From Schmidtea polychroa (taxonomy: Eukaryota), in the NCBI GenBank assembly GCA_044892525.1, contig CM097885.1:28026001-28090000 (forward strand): a stretch of 64,000 bases of DNA, written 5' to 3'. Positions 12,992-26,013 of this stretch are shown one piece after another; position 1 is the stretch's first letter; every line of letters starts with the position of its first letter. The notes beneath the pieces were generated by a model. The model worked only from the letters and a program-made list of their open reading frames with translations, was not told the origin of the DNA and ran no database searches. The position numbers and the translations under genes are program-made.

Positions 12992-15369
12992 TAGGGTTAT
13001 GACTTTTTATCAACCCCATCCTCCTGTACTGTAGTTTGATGAACTTTTACCTAAAAAGCACGAAATAAACAATTATTTGCATATCTTTTCAAAACGTGCA
13101 TCGCGCCATTGAAAAATCGATTTTAACATAAGTACTACTATGTATTCAAATGTATTTAGAATGTTATAGTCATGTAATACAATAAATTTTCAACCCAACA
13201 ATGACTCAGATAGTTGACCTTACTCATGCTTGTTGCACAGAAGGAATCGAAGGTGAATTTTGTCTTTATTTTTGCATGATGAATAAATTTCCTCCATTAC
13301 TTTGATTGCGCGCTCTGCGCATTGATTATTTCTGGGTATCTGTAGTATGAATGGCTCTCGCTTCCAGTGATATTTCAAAGAGCTTAAAGCCTTTTTGTAT
13401 GGATTCAGTATTTCATTCAAGTTATTAAATTCGTTTTCGTTGTACAGTTAGTCTGTAAACCAATGCTCTGACCAGCCATACGATATAAATCAACATACTC
13501 TCCGCAGAACTGTCCTTGTTGAAGGAATTAAAATGAAGGCCAGGATCGTTAGTATAGCTCTGGAGTTCCACCTTGCATTGCTGATGTTGGGTATTTTCTG
13601 AAACTTGATCAATGGAAATTGTCCCTTTTCCTCAAAAAATCGGAACACTCGAGTAAGGTGAAACAAAAATTTCATATCATCTCTCCAGCCTGATGTTTCG
13701 AGAATTACTTCTGTTCCGTTATCAAACTGTGTTTTCAGTTGTTCACACTCCTTCAACAGTAAAGATTTAAATGGATATTCGATGTTTGGCGATTGTGTTT
13801 TACTTCCAAGTTCTTAATCCATCATCAAACGGATGATTCTATCTAATACATGGTGTTGACAACTGATAAGCTGAGGTTTGTTGATGCGATTCTCTGTGAA
13901 CATTCGTTGCAATATTACAACAACACCATTCTTTTTTCCAGTGTTAACGCTGGTGGTATCTGCAACAATCATCTGTATGGAATTCCATAGGTGAAATTCA
14001 TCGAGGACTTTATAAATTCCTTCAGCAGTAGTTAAAGCCCTGCCATCTACTAAGCCAAGGACATTCAATTTGATTTCTCTTCTTTCATTTTTAAGGACGA
14101 CCACTTGATAATCCATTCTGTCGATGTGCTTGCCATCAAAGTGTAAGGACCAACTTTCCATATGCAACTTTTCAATCATTTCTTCCTTCAGCTTGATTGC
14201 CTCTTTGATTGTTGACTTGTAAATAACTGATTGACATGGAGTTGGAATGTCAATGCCTTCACGAGCCAATTGCTTGCATATATTAGCAGCTTTGTTTGTT
14301 GATACTCTTGAGGAGTCACCATATTGACCGCAATTTTGCTTTTATGATGTTTTTTGCTTGGTGTAGGAGTTGTCTCATCTTCTTCCTCATTGTTTTCATA
14401 TTCACTGTCGTCAGCCTCAGAGTCAGAATCACTAAAATCAGGATAGTAAGATGATGAGTTGGATGACTCATTAGAAAGTTTTTGTCTTTTAGAGGGATGG
14501 ATCGTTTCTTTACTAGCCGCTTGGCCTGTAGAGTATCCCACTGTTCCTTTGCTTTCCACTTGGAGATGGTACAATCGCTTGTCCTCGGAAGATAACCATG
14601 GTCCATCCAATTTAGTAATATCAAAATTTTCATCAAGGGGTTCGTAGCTTCCCCGCTTCACATATTCATCATAACATATCAGTATTTTATCAAGCTTTGC
14701 TCGTATAACTTGATCAGATACACGAGGAAAATTCAGTTTATTCTTCCACAATTTGGTGACTTCTTTGGAAATTTCAGCTATTCGCTCCTTTCTTCCTTTG
14801 ATTTTTGGTCCAAGGAAATGGTAGCGTTCGATAATTTGCTTTTGGAGAGGCATTCTGCACTTTTCTTCCAGTGAATATTCTTCCAAAGGGACCATTCATT
14901 TCTTTTATGAGAGTCTTCAAATTTTACCAGATTATTGGTCCAGACATCCCTGTTCTTCTGAATGCTACTATTGCTAGGCTTGTACGACGCCATGTGTTGC
15001 TTCTGTAATAACTATAAAATTAGATGAGCAGCTATATATTGATTCTATATATTGAGCTATATATTGAGCTATAAATTGTTCTAGAATGTTCTAAAGTCTT
15101 CTAAAATATTCTGTTATTTTCCAAAATGTTCTAAAGTTCTAAACACTTCTAATCTATACAAGTTTTAAATGATTTACAGGAAAGTCACACGTATTAGTAG
15201 TAGCAGTAACAAGATTAAATAAATGACGAAACGTAATTTGAATTGCGGGTGACCTTTTTTTACAACCGAGAGGACTTGAACATGTTTTCAATGTTTTCTA
15301 ATAAAAGTTCATCGATTTATGACACAGGAAATTAATTTTTTTTTAAAAAGTCAAAAAGTCATAACCCTA
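12992..15369 (-). mobile_element. Full-length but frameshifted hAT-superfamily (hATm-like) transposon
   Basis: TIRs TAGGGTTATGACTTTTT; perfect 8-bp TSD AAACGCAC; motifs LHFDGK, DTTSVNTG, CQHH, ARWNSRAI and NNQCAERAIK across ORFs 13220-14993. Confidence 0.85.
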
Positions 15370-15477
15370 AAACGCACTATAATAAATCATTTACAGACAT
15401 TTTTAGAAATATTTAGATAAAAAGACTGATAAAAGTTTAACAAAAATTCCGAAAACTCAACTTCGAGTTGTATAGAT

Positions 15478-17594
15478 CAGAGGTTCTCAAATTGGGTGCC
15501 TTAGCACCATAGGGTGCTTAGTCGTCGGCGAGAGGTGCCCCAGCCATTTTCAGAATATATTTTTGCAATTTCCTCGCATCTAATTAAAAAGGAATTTTTT
15601 AAATCGATTGATTAATTATTTTATTTGACTTATAACAGATTAGATGCAATTAAAACAGTTTTAAAAAAATTTTAAGACTTTTTATTTAGTTAAAAATTTT
15701 CAATAAACGAACCCATTTAAGGATGAACAATTGGGTAAAAAAGATCAATAAAAATGAAAACGAATCTAACAGTGAAGTATCTTCTAATACGAATAATCTT
15801 TCTGACAAAAAAGACTCCTCTTCTTTGCCGATTCACTCTCATATATTGGAGCAACAAAAAACGAACTTCGAAGGCCAAGAACAACAGGAAGATTCAAGGC
15901 CGAAAAAAAGGAAATACAATCCAACATATATTTACCAAGATTTGGTTTTGTTGAGGTTGGGATTGAAGAATAACCTAAAGCAAAATGTGTTGTTTGTGAA
16001 AAAACATTTTCCAATGGTTCACTTCTGCCTTCTAAACTAAAAAAGCACGTTACATCAGATCATCCGCATCTTCTTGATAATGGCACCGAAACCTTTATTC
16101 GCCTTGATGCTTCTCTCCGAGATAAGGGCAAAATGATGAAAAGCCTTTTTAAGCCTGCAAATGATAAAAATAAGAGAGCAACAGAAGCTTCTTTTATCGC
16201 GAGCCTGCAAAGTGCCAAAGCGGGAAAACCTCACACGATTGATGAGGGTTTTTTCAAACCGTTTATGATTGAAGTGGGTAAATGCCTGCTTGGAAATCAA
16301 ACATCCCAACAATTTGAAGATTTACAGTTATCGAACAGCACTGTGTCAAGTAGATTATAGTGCATTGCTAATTCACTTGAAAATGAATTGATAGTAAAAT
16401 TGAAAAACTCTGAATTTTTTGCCATTCAATTGGACAAAAGTACGGATGTTTCTGAACTCGCGATTCTTTTAGTATTTGTAAGATATCCGTATGAAAAGCG
16501 GGTAGAAGAACTTTTGCTCTGCAATGTTCTCAAGAAAAATTCAACAGGAGAAGAAATTTTCAATTCAATTTTTTAATTATTTTAATGAGAAACAAATTGA
16601 ATGGGAAAAGTGTCTTGATATTTGCAGTGATGGCGGAGCATCTATGATTGGAACAGTCAAAAGCGCTCTATCTGGGATAAAGAAACTAGCAAAGAATGCA
16701 ACAAGCAGCCACTGCATCATTCATAGGCATGCATTGGCAACCAAAAGAATGCCTGCTGAGCTACGATCTGTTCTTGAAGAAGCTGTCAAAATGATCAATT
16801 ACGTGAAGAGTAGGCCGCTTCAGTCACGCCTTCTGAAGCTTATTGCGGAAGAGACGGGAATGGAACACCATTAGCTTCTTTTGCATACTGAAGGGATCTG
16901 GCTTTCACGTGAAAAAATACTCGTCAGATTGGTAGAAATACGGGAGTCTTTAAAAGCAACTTTCTCCGATCAGAATTTTATTCATCAGCTATTTGATGTC
17001 AATTGTAGTCTCAAACTCTGTTATCTGGCAGACATTTTTGATTCATTAAATAAAACCATGACATCTTTACAAGGCAAAAATCGAAACTTTGATCAAATTG
17101 ATAAAATCAGAGGATTTAAAAACGAAGATTTTAAGATTTACTTATGATTGGCCAAGATAGTGATTTGAAAATTAAGAACCGTGAGTTAACTCAAGAAGAG
17201 TTTTGGATGCAGATTTATTCAGAAAAGATGCATATTGGAACACTTGTAATCAAGAAACATATTCCTTTCAACAGAACTTACTTGTGCGAATCGGCATTTT
17301 CGACCAATGCATCTATTAAAAATAAGTACAGAAACAAGTTGGCTGGATCAGGAGATTTAAGAATAAAACTAAGTTACATTCCTGTTGATGTAATGAAATT
17401 TGCTGAAGATTTTTCGAAGCAGTATCATTCAACGCATTAATTTATTAATTTTTTAACTAAATTAGGTCAAAATTTTAATAATTAAAATTTTTATATAGAA
17501 TTTTCATCTTTTTAGAAAAAAAATCTAATGGGGTACCCTCAAACCTTGTATGCCCGACAAGGGTGTCTTGACCAAAAAAGTTTGAGAAACATTG
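15478..17594 (+). mobile_element. Full-length decayed hAT Buster (ZBED5/SCAND3-like) transposon
   Basis: TIRs CAGAGGTTCTCAAA / TTTGAGAAACATTG; perfect 8-bp TSD GTATAGAT; motifs KPHTI, FAIQLDKSTDV, CSDGGASM, HCIIHR and YLCESAFS. Confidence 0.9.
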
Positions 17595-18235
17595 GTATAG
17601 ATAATAAAGACATTATTTCGTAAGATTTATCTTCAATTTTTAATAAATTTAATATTAGTTTTTTTAATACTTAATTACTTTATTTATTTATAGTTAAAAA
17701 TATAACTGACTTACATTATATCGAAATAATTCCTAAAAACTTCATGAAATTTCATAAAAATCCTAAAAACCTTGAAATTTAATTATAATTTATAATAAAA
17801 TTGTTGATAAAAAGTAATATTTAAGAGCTTGAATAATGATCTCATATCTATATGGATCAAAATTCAAGTCTTAAAATTTACTTTAAATAAAAAAATTACT
17901 TGAAAGCCATTTCTAAAATGGCTAAAATAGTTAATCATAAATTAACTATTTCATCAGAAATACATAATGATTACATTGAATACATTCCATCACAACTTAT
18001 GACGCATCTATAATATGGGTTGTACACACCAACTCATATTATAGATGCGTTTATTCAGTGCAAACGGGTGTATTAGTATAAATTGATGATTTTTTGGTAA
18101 CAGCATTAATTAAATGTTAAACAATTAAATGATAATTTAATATTATTATTAATATTGTTTATAAAGATTTTTATAAAGATAACTCAATGATAATTTATTA
18201 GAAATGTATAACAAGTGAAATTAATTTTTTTTTGC

Positions 18236-19216
18236 TTAAATTGTTGATGTATTCGTAGAATTTTCTTTATCTTCTATTTTTTGAGAAAACTTTATCATTA
18301 TAAACTTAGGCATCCAAACTTGTAGATATTTATTTCTAAAACTTTTCATTAGAACAATATAAACATACGGATTAATGACACTGTTTAACGCAGTAAGAAC
18401 TACTCCTGCAATACCTAGTGGTGAGCTAATTACGTACGAAGTCACTCCTAAAAATCCAAGAATGTAATATAGTGTATCATAAGCGAAACTTAAAATAAAA
18501 AACACTGTAATTACAAATGTTGATAAAGTAAACATTTTTGTTGCCTTTTGATAGCTATCAGCCTTTTTTATGGATTTTCCAACCATCATTTTTCTCAGAA
18601 AGAAATACACTCGACTATATAAATAGATGAAGAAACACGTTGGAATGACATATCCAACCATTGACCAAAGTATTGCGTACCCTTTCCAAAAGTTCTTCAT
18701 TATATCTCCATCGAATTGTGGTATTTGAATGCATGAACCATTCGGTAAAAGTCTAGATTGAAGTGTAGATGGAATTATTATTATCGAGGGAGCCAAGAAT
18801 AACACAAGGTAAGTTGTAATAATTTTCAATCGAATATTTTTTTTATAAGTTTGAGCAGTAACAACCGCCCAATATCGGTCAAAAGCCGTAAAAACTAAAT
18901 TTATGATACTCATGTGAACACTGAACCAATATATCGTCTGACTGTAAAATACTCTGCATCCAATCCAATCTATGAAATAAACTCCTGTGACATTTGGAGG
19001 TACCAAGGTTAGGAGAAATGAGATCAAGCACACATTGAAATCGATCAGTGATTGATTTCTCAACAAAAGAGTTGTGTATCTCGATTCAACGGATTTCAAA
19101 AATACCGTTACCGTAAAAGTCAAATTTCCCACCATCCCAATTACCACCAAAACAGCGAGAAAGACGTTAAAGTTTTTCAATTCAAGAACCGATAAAGGAT
19201 CATTGCTTCCTCCCAT
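18236..19216 (-). CDS. Rhodopsin-family (class A) GPCR, intronless
   Basis: Seven hydrophobic segments with TM1 GN, TM2 LID, AFDRYWAV and NSVINPYVY; first ATG at 19216. Confidence 0.9.
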   Translation of the reverse strand: MGGSNDPLSVLELKNFNVFLAVLVVIGMVGNLTFTVTVFLKSVESRYTTLLLRNQSLIDFNVCLISFLLTLVPPNVTGVYFIDWIGCRVFYSQTIYWFSVHMSIINLVFTAFDRYWAVVTAQTYKKNIRLKIITTYLVLFLAPSIIIIPSTLQSRLLPNGSCIQIPQFDGDIMKNFWKGYAILWSMVGYVIPTCFFIYLYSRVYFFLRKMMVGKSIKKADSYQKATKMFTLSTFVITVFFILSFAYDTLYYILGFLGVTSYVISSPLGIAGVVLTALNSVINPYVYIVLMKSFRNKYLQVWMPKFIMIKFSQKIEDKENSTNTSTI

Positions 19217-20429
19217 TATCAAAATGTAAATAAAATCGAAAAACTTAATATTTATAACAAATTTTCGATTAGAATTCCAATTTTACCCAATGAAATTACA
19301 TTTAGAAATTTAGCGAATCAAAAAATGCCAATACTTGATTTTTATTTGTTGTATTTTTTTTTATTTAAAAAATGAAATTATTGTATCCTGTAGCAAGATC
19401 CTGTTGAGTATTAATTCATCTTTTCATTTCTCATAAACTTAAAGTTTATCAAATGTTTTGTCTTCTACATTTTGACTTTAGATTAGAATTTTTCAAACGA
19501 TTTTTGATCATCATTCACAAGGTTGTAATGTTTTGTTTGTATGATTCAAGTGAACATGTCCAAGTTATTAAAGGTAGATATTTAAGTTATCAAAGTTGAT
19601 AGTAAAAATATGAGGTGAAAAAAATATAAAAGTTTTTTTACATAATCAGTGGCGGTACTGCAAAATTTGGACTCCCCGCAAAAGAAACAATTTCTCCCAA
19701 ATATATGTATTATATTTAACAAAGAAAAGTTAAATTTTAGATATTTATGAGAACTTAAACTCAAAAGTAAATTTATGAACTTGAATACGCAAGAAATTTT
19801 AACTTTTAGCTAATTAGGTCTAATTCATAACCGAACACACAACGTATTCAAAATTAACTAAATAATATCAATATAACCCTTGAATTCATATCAAAGATGC
19901 AAACTACGCACTAGTACAAAAATTAATACTTGAAGAATATATTTGTAAGCTAACAATAGATGCGTGAAAAGAATTTCAGTCCCTTATAGTTGGTGCTCCC
20001 CTCATCATGTAGGATCCCGTGTCCACTACTTCTGCCAATGTACATGATATAATAACAAGATTTAAGATTGATTTATTGATGAAAAAAATGTCTGAATGTG
20101 CCACATGCTTAAAACTTATTGTTGAAAAATTTCTTTCAATTTCAATAAGTGTTGAATTTTTGTTAAAAATATAAGAAAATTAAACAATGGTTTGGTCTTT
20201 CTGTTTCAAACTTGAAATGAGAACTGATATTTCATTTAGTTGAATTTTGAACACTGATAAGACAGAAATATAAAACGAACAAAGAGATTGATGTTGATGC
20301 AGTTAATAATTGGATGTTGAGGTCGTACGATGTTCCCCAAATTGTTAGGTTTCCAGATTTTTGAAAACATTTTTAATTTTCTTGTGATCAGTTGAAAAAA
20401 GGTGCTTAAATAATGTTTACATCCATCAA

Positions 20430-20555
20430 AAAGAGTTTGGTAGAGAAAAGTTGTGGATTATGTCGAGTCGTTCAGGGAAGGGCTCGCAATCCGTAGATGA
20501 GAGTATGTAACCGAGAAATCTGACACCTTTTTGAAACAAATTGCATTTACTTACG
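20430..20555 (-). mobile_element. Short gypsy RT fragment
   Basis: SKCNLFQKGVRFLGYILSSTDCEPFPERLDIIHNFSLP matches the KCxF...FLG...P region of gypsy RT. Confidence 0.5.
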
Positions 20556-20701
20556 ATCTGTAAAAAAACTATCAGTAATTTAAATAATTAAAAAAACTTA
20601 ATAAAATAAAATAAAATTAAATGTGCATATTTCAGGCACTACAGTCATTATATAATTAAAATAAAATAAGGATATTTTTTTCAGTTGATCGCATTGCTAG
20701 A

Positions 20702-21047
20702 AGAAGAAACCGATACGCATTTATTGGACACAGTAATCCGAGAAATCTACGAAGAAGTTGGAATAGACCTTTCTAATGTTGTAGATGAAGATTTATATTT
20801 TGATCATGTTCAATACAGTTTACTCAGTAGATACTATGTGATTCGCAATTTCAGAAAAGACACATTTTTACAGCCATTAGTGGACAATGAGATTCAAGTG
20901 ATAAAATGGTTCCCAATAAAGGATATTCCCGATAATATGGAGCAATATAACATTTCATTAGAAAATATCAAACTTGTTGTTAATCCTCTGAAATATATGT
21001 CAAAATACTTGAATTAAATATTTCTATATGGAATTTATGCCAACCAA
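20702..21047 (+). pseudogene. Near-identical partial duplicate of the Dcp2-like gene 3' half
   Basis: Matches 7738-8083 (offset 12964); only one synonymous change was noticed; lacks Box A and the start of the Nudix box. Confidence 0.9.
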
Positions 21048-23039
21048 CTTTTGAACCGAATTTAAAAAATAATTTAGAAGATGTGTTAGCAGCTTCTAAT
21101 AATGACCACAATTTTCACATGATCCCAGATTTTTGATAAACCATTAATATCGAAACAGGAGAGAAAGATATGTAATTTTAATTAGGCATTTATATTAAAA
21201 TATTTATCCCTTGAATTCAGCTTTGATCTTTTTCTTAATTCAATTGAAAACTGTGTGAATATTGAGTGTTGTTAACAATTGCAGTAAATTTGAATAAACG
21301 TTATTATGTTGAGTTAGATTGATTTGAATAAGGACATCAGAGTCACAAACTAGTACTAATTTGCAAGAAATACCCAACACCAGGAATGTAGCCGTTAGCA
21401 AGAACACCTTATAGATAATATAAAAGGATTTTTATGTCAAAATTGTCTCAGGTGCCTAAAATTTATATAAACCTGAAAAAATAAAATTTTGTTAAAACAA
21501 ATCACGTATTACAATTTTGATAATAATAAATAATTAATTAAACATGTAAATTTTTAAAAAAATTAAATTAAATTAATTAATTAAATTAAATTTAAATTAA
21601 ATATTTATTAAAATAATTATCAAATGTAGTTGAAAAATTTTTGATTAAAAGTTGCCAGTTAAATCTTAGGATTAAATATTTCAATTACATTAATAAAAAC
21701 GAATTAAATAACATTTACACAGTTAATAATTTTGTAATTAAATTTCTCATTTATTCAATTGTTTTCTATCAGTTGATCATAAATTGATAAAAATTAAAAC
21801 TATTCAAATAAAAAAAAATTTTCCAGTAAATTTATTGTTAATTTTATGTTAGTTAATTAATTGAAAATTAATTATATTTTACCCTAAGCTTTTAAGTAAA
21901 TATTTTATGTATATGTAAAATAACTAAGTTTGTAATAATACATATATTAAATATGACCAGGCCCGCCGAGAGGGGGTTCGATTTGTTATGTATTTAAATA
22001 TAATATTACTGACACTTAAGTTGACTTAACTATAATCCGTTTAAAGTTCAAGCATCTGAATTTCATCAGAATAAATTGAACGAACATCAACAAGTAGTTA
22101 GATCAACATCGATATCAAATTTAAATTTTGAATTTCGTTTTTTTATTCAAAATTTTGTAGTCATAATAAATTTAATATTTTATTTGTAACGACTTAATTT
22201 TAATTGAATTAATAGAATTTTAGAATAATTTTGTAAATAAAAGAACTAATTCCCTTATAAGATTCAAATAAAAGTAGATAATGGAGATAAATAAATTTAG
22301 AATTTCTAGGAAAATTATTCAAGAATAAATTCTAATTTAAAATTTTCAATAAACAAATTTTTCTTATAGAATATTCCAAATTTACAAAATGGGAAATGAA
22401 CGAATGAAGAATATATATATTATGAGAAAATGATGGGGAAAAAAGCAGTCGCTGAACACATTGAAATTGTGGTTTTTTCCACTGTAGCGCATTTGAACTT
22501 TGCTTAATTTGTGGGACTCACATCTTTGAATCAGTTCCGTTACTTCTTTTGTCTAATTAAGTCAATGGAATTCATTTTTTATTGTCACCAGTGCTAGCTC
22601 AAAGTCGCTTAACGCTCTTTTTTGTACTATTTATATTCTCATAAATATAAACATACCAGTGAATTTGATTTGCATATCTAAGAGATTAAGACACCATGTA
22701 CAATTCTTTCGTGCTTATTTGTAATGAATTTAATATTAAGAAAAATCTTTAGAAAGCAAAAAATAAAAATCTGTAAAATACAATGCAATTAAGTTAAAAA
22801 TAATTATTTTGTAACAATTTCTTTTCAAATATTGAGCGCTAATCGAGTGCCCTATCTCTTTGGCGCCCTTGGCAAATGCCAAGTTTGCCCTAAAGAAGAG
22901 CCGGCATTGATTGTATCTGCTGTTCTCTTAACCCAAATAGAGCTTAACTTTTCACGGACTGATAATTCTATGCTACATTTTGGTACAATATATCCATTCA
23001 CTTTTAGAAGAATTAGATAGTGAATTTGAAATCATTCAG

Positions 23040-23350
23040 TAATACACTAAAGTGCCCTGACTCTCCTGAAACAAAATACTTAAAAGATTTTATCTTTTGT
23101 GTGAAGAAATAAATGCGTTCATGGAAATGAAAGGTCAAGATATCAGTGACATGAAGAAAATCCATTGAAAACAAGATCTAGCTCTTACAGTAAATATAAC
23201 TGTGCACTTGAATAACTTAAACCTCAAATTACAATGTAGAAATCAAGTTATTACAGCCTTGCATGTTTTAAAACTAAGTTACATCTTTGAATTGGCCAAC
23301 TGAAGAAAGAATTTCTTGTAGATTTTCTAACATACCAAGACCTCAAAAGT
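23040..23350 (+). mobile_element. hAT (SPIN/GTF2IRD2-like) transposase fragment
   Basis: ILKRFYLLCEEINAFMEMKG...DLALTVNITVHLNNLNLKLQ; stops present. Confidence 0.55.
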
Positions 23351-23391
23351 ACAAACAGTAAATTTGTAAACAGAAACAAACAGAATGTAAA

Positions 23392-24130
23392 TTGACTGAT
23401 ATGTCAAATGATGTAGTGAATGTTACTAATGATACTAACAAACAAGATGAGCCAAAATATACCATGGTATTGCCGTATTCTGAAGGATATAAAGATTTCA
23501 AAAGAAAGATTGATAAACAGCTGGATACATTGAATTATAGAATTGTTTCAAAATCTTGCAAAGTACGTAGTATGTTTGTTAGTAAATCTCAAACGCCGGT
23601 TGGATTGTGTTCGGATCTGGTTTATCAATTCACATATTGGAGAGACTTTCCGTCATCTCTGTACTCGAGTTCAAGAACACTGTTGACCGAAGGGAGTCTC
23701 CAATATTAAGGATCACAATAAAGTCTGTATGAAAGAATTAGGAATGCCTGATTTTAAAATCTTATCAAAAAATTTTGATAATTGTTTTGAGTGTGTGATA
23801 TGTGAAGCATTATTGATAAGAACTTTTAATCCTAAAATCAATGTGCAGAATGCAGTGAATACGTGTGTGTTGAATGTTTTTAATTAAATTTTTGTATGTT
23901 GATGTATATTGAATAATATGTTATGTTAAATAATTAAAAAATAATTAAAATAATATTTTTAAAATAATTTTAAAAGTTTAAATATTTTAAAATTTTTTAT
24001 TTATAATTTAAAATTTATAGATTTTATAATTTGTTTATATATTATTAATATAATATAGTTATTCATCCGTCGTGAATGTAGGTTACCTAATGATGATAGT
24101 GATGCTATCGAAATATGTAGTAAAAAAGAT
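23392..24130 (+). mobile_element. Penelope-like retroelement 3' fragment (GIY-YIG endonuclease)
   Basis: VLPYSEG...LVYQF...YIGETFRHLCTRVQEH...EALLIRTFNPKINVQ; homologous to 40959-41468. Confidence 0.75.
24083..24123 (+). ncRNA. Degenerate minimal type-I hammerhead ribozyme in the Penelope 3' region
   Basis: TTAC-CTAATGAT-GATAG tgatg CTATC-GAAA-TATG-TA-GTAA: stems I and II pair; the core has CUAAUGA instead of CUGAUGA. Confidence 0.45.
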
Positions 24131-24608
24131 GTACGAATGGCGATTTTTATTAATAAAATCTTTACCGTGTTTTTTAAAGTATTTAATAAATTATTTTTTG
24201 CATCATATGTGCAACAGCTTGAATTGTCGAAGAAAGACTTCGAAAAACACTTTAAGAACTTTGATAATTATGAGCATCATCTCAAAATATTCAAAATATT
24301 ATCAGGACATGTTTATGAAAAAAGGTTAATCGAAAAACATTTTGTGACAAGTGATCTAGATCCTGTTATTGGAATACAGTTTTCTGAAAATAAAATTTGA
24401 TTGAAAATAAAATTCCAATGCATTTTCTTTCATTTGTGTACTAGAGAACACACCAACCAGCCACTACGTAAAATAAAACGCCATCTGCTATTTTACGCGT
24501 TGAACGATTATCAATTGCTTAGGGGCCCGGATTTGCTGTCGGCCGACCTGGTCCATCTATATATGAGGTTGAGCTCGCACTTGAATTTATGTAAATAGAA
24601 TTGATTAA

Positions 24609-25350
24609 CCCTTAGTAGCCTGATTTACGAAAGTGATTTTTTTAATATTATTGTGTTTGCTTGAGGGTCTAAATGAAGGGAAAAATAGCTAAAAAAATCA
24701 CAATATTTATTTTACATATTTATTTAGAAAAAAAACAGGTATCAATTTTGATACTTCAGGCTTTAAGGCCATAAAGAAATCAGAAATACCTATGCATGAA
24801 ATAATGCTAAACATTGATTGTTTTTATTATCGCATAACGACACTTTACACTTTTTACAGAACCAGGAGGTAAGTTTCCTACAGTTATTAAATTTACACTT
24901 ATTTCTAGAATCCATAAAATTTTTTCATGACCAATACAATCGCAACGCACGTCAGTAGAGGGTAATACTTGTACACCTGTCCGGGGTCTTTTAGAAGGTA
25001 CTGTAGTGTCTTGTCGACTGTTGGTACTGGGTCTTCCCCTTTTATTTTTTGAGTGACTTTGATATCTACATAAAGTATCGGCAAGCTCAGTTCTAAAATC
25101 TGCTAACTTCATAATGTTCTTCTGAAGTTTTCCTTTCACTGTGTTTACCTTTTTGTATAGTACCCAAGCATTGATGACAGTCATGTTTAACAAATGGTAG
25201 AAGAGCCTCGTTGTCCACTTTCTCGACTTTATGCGGATGTGATATCGACCAATGAAGCTATCCATCAAATCAACACCGCCCATGTGTGTATTATATTCTT
25301 TTATGACCCGAGGACATCATACTTGAACATTGGCCTTTAATTTCTTTTCT
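24609..25350 (-). mobile_element. piggyBac 3' remnant
   Basis: TTAA|CCCTT terminus at 24605-24613; CPRVIKEYNTHMGGVDLMD...KWTTRLFYHLL...INAWVLY...FRTELA. Confidence 0.85.
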
Positions 25351-25463
25351 TTGCCACTTAACCAAAACCGTCTTCGTCTTCCGGGTTCGTCCAAATCTTC
25401 TCCATTACAACAAGAAGATTTAATATTAAATTTAATGTCTGGTAATGAAGGATTAGGACCCAT
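25317..25463 (-). CDS. Small element ORF, truncated and running into the piggyBac frame
   Basis: MGPNPSLPDIKFNIKSSCCNGEDLDEPGRRRRFW...; ATG lies 3 nt after the pX-like stop. Confidence 0.35.
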   Translation of the reverse strand: MGPNPSLPDIKFNIKSSCCNGEDLDEPGRRRRFWLSGKEKKLKANVQV

Positions 25464-25466
25464 TTT

Positions 25467-25960
25467 TTATGATCGTCTTCCTATTATTCCACCTAATAAT
25501 GATATTGCTAAAGGTATCAATGTACCGATAAATCCCCCTTGTTGTTTATTATAATTTTTCTCATTTGTTGACGAATTTTATTATTTACTAATGATGGCAA
25601 AGGTTTCCTATGTTTACTCAATAATTGATTTTTGGATTTACTGATTTTTATCTTGCCTTTGACTACTTTAAGTATAATATCGAGTAAATCATCGACAACA
25701 TAATTTGGAAATGATTGCAAAACACTGTTTCTTTTCATACTTGGTGCCTTTAACAATGTATTAAAAAACGGGAAACTCCGATGATTTTTAACAACTTTTA
25801 CTTTCTTAGTGGTTTTACTTTTAGGTTTAGGTTTAGGATTTTTCGAAATAAGATTCATTGCAGGAAACCTTTCTGTAATAAGTTCTTTAGATGGAGCATA
25901 ACTAGTTGTTGGTGGAACTTTTGATTGTTTTTTATTTGATATCCTTGTTTTTGAAAACAT
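25467..25960 (-). pseudogene. Basic pX/core-like virion protein with GG|F motif (frameshifted)
   Basis: Lys-rich ORF 25517-25960; one frameshift near 25550 continues it as NKQQGGFIGTLIPLAISLLGGIIGRRS*, an adenain-type cleavage motif plus hydrophobic helix. Confidence 0.6.
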
Positions 25961-26013
25961 GTTTTATATGTTTTCAACTTTATTTTGAACTTTTTTTATA
26001 AACCGTGGCACCT

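Larger units (their letters stand above)
12756..18070. mobile_element. Tc1/mariner-type non-autonomous element hosting two nested hAT elements
   Basis: TIR CACCCGTTTGCACTGAATAAACGCAT at 12756 and its exact reverse complement ending at 18070, each flanked by TA. Confidence 0.75.

Noticed and set aside
21958..24550. Possible hAT element bounded by CAGGCCCGCCGAGAG / CTGTCGGCCGACCTG
   Set aside because: TIR match is poor, the 8-bp flanks differ, and the interior is a mosaic of other repeats.
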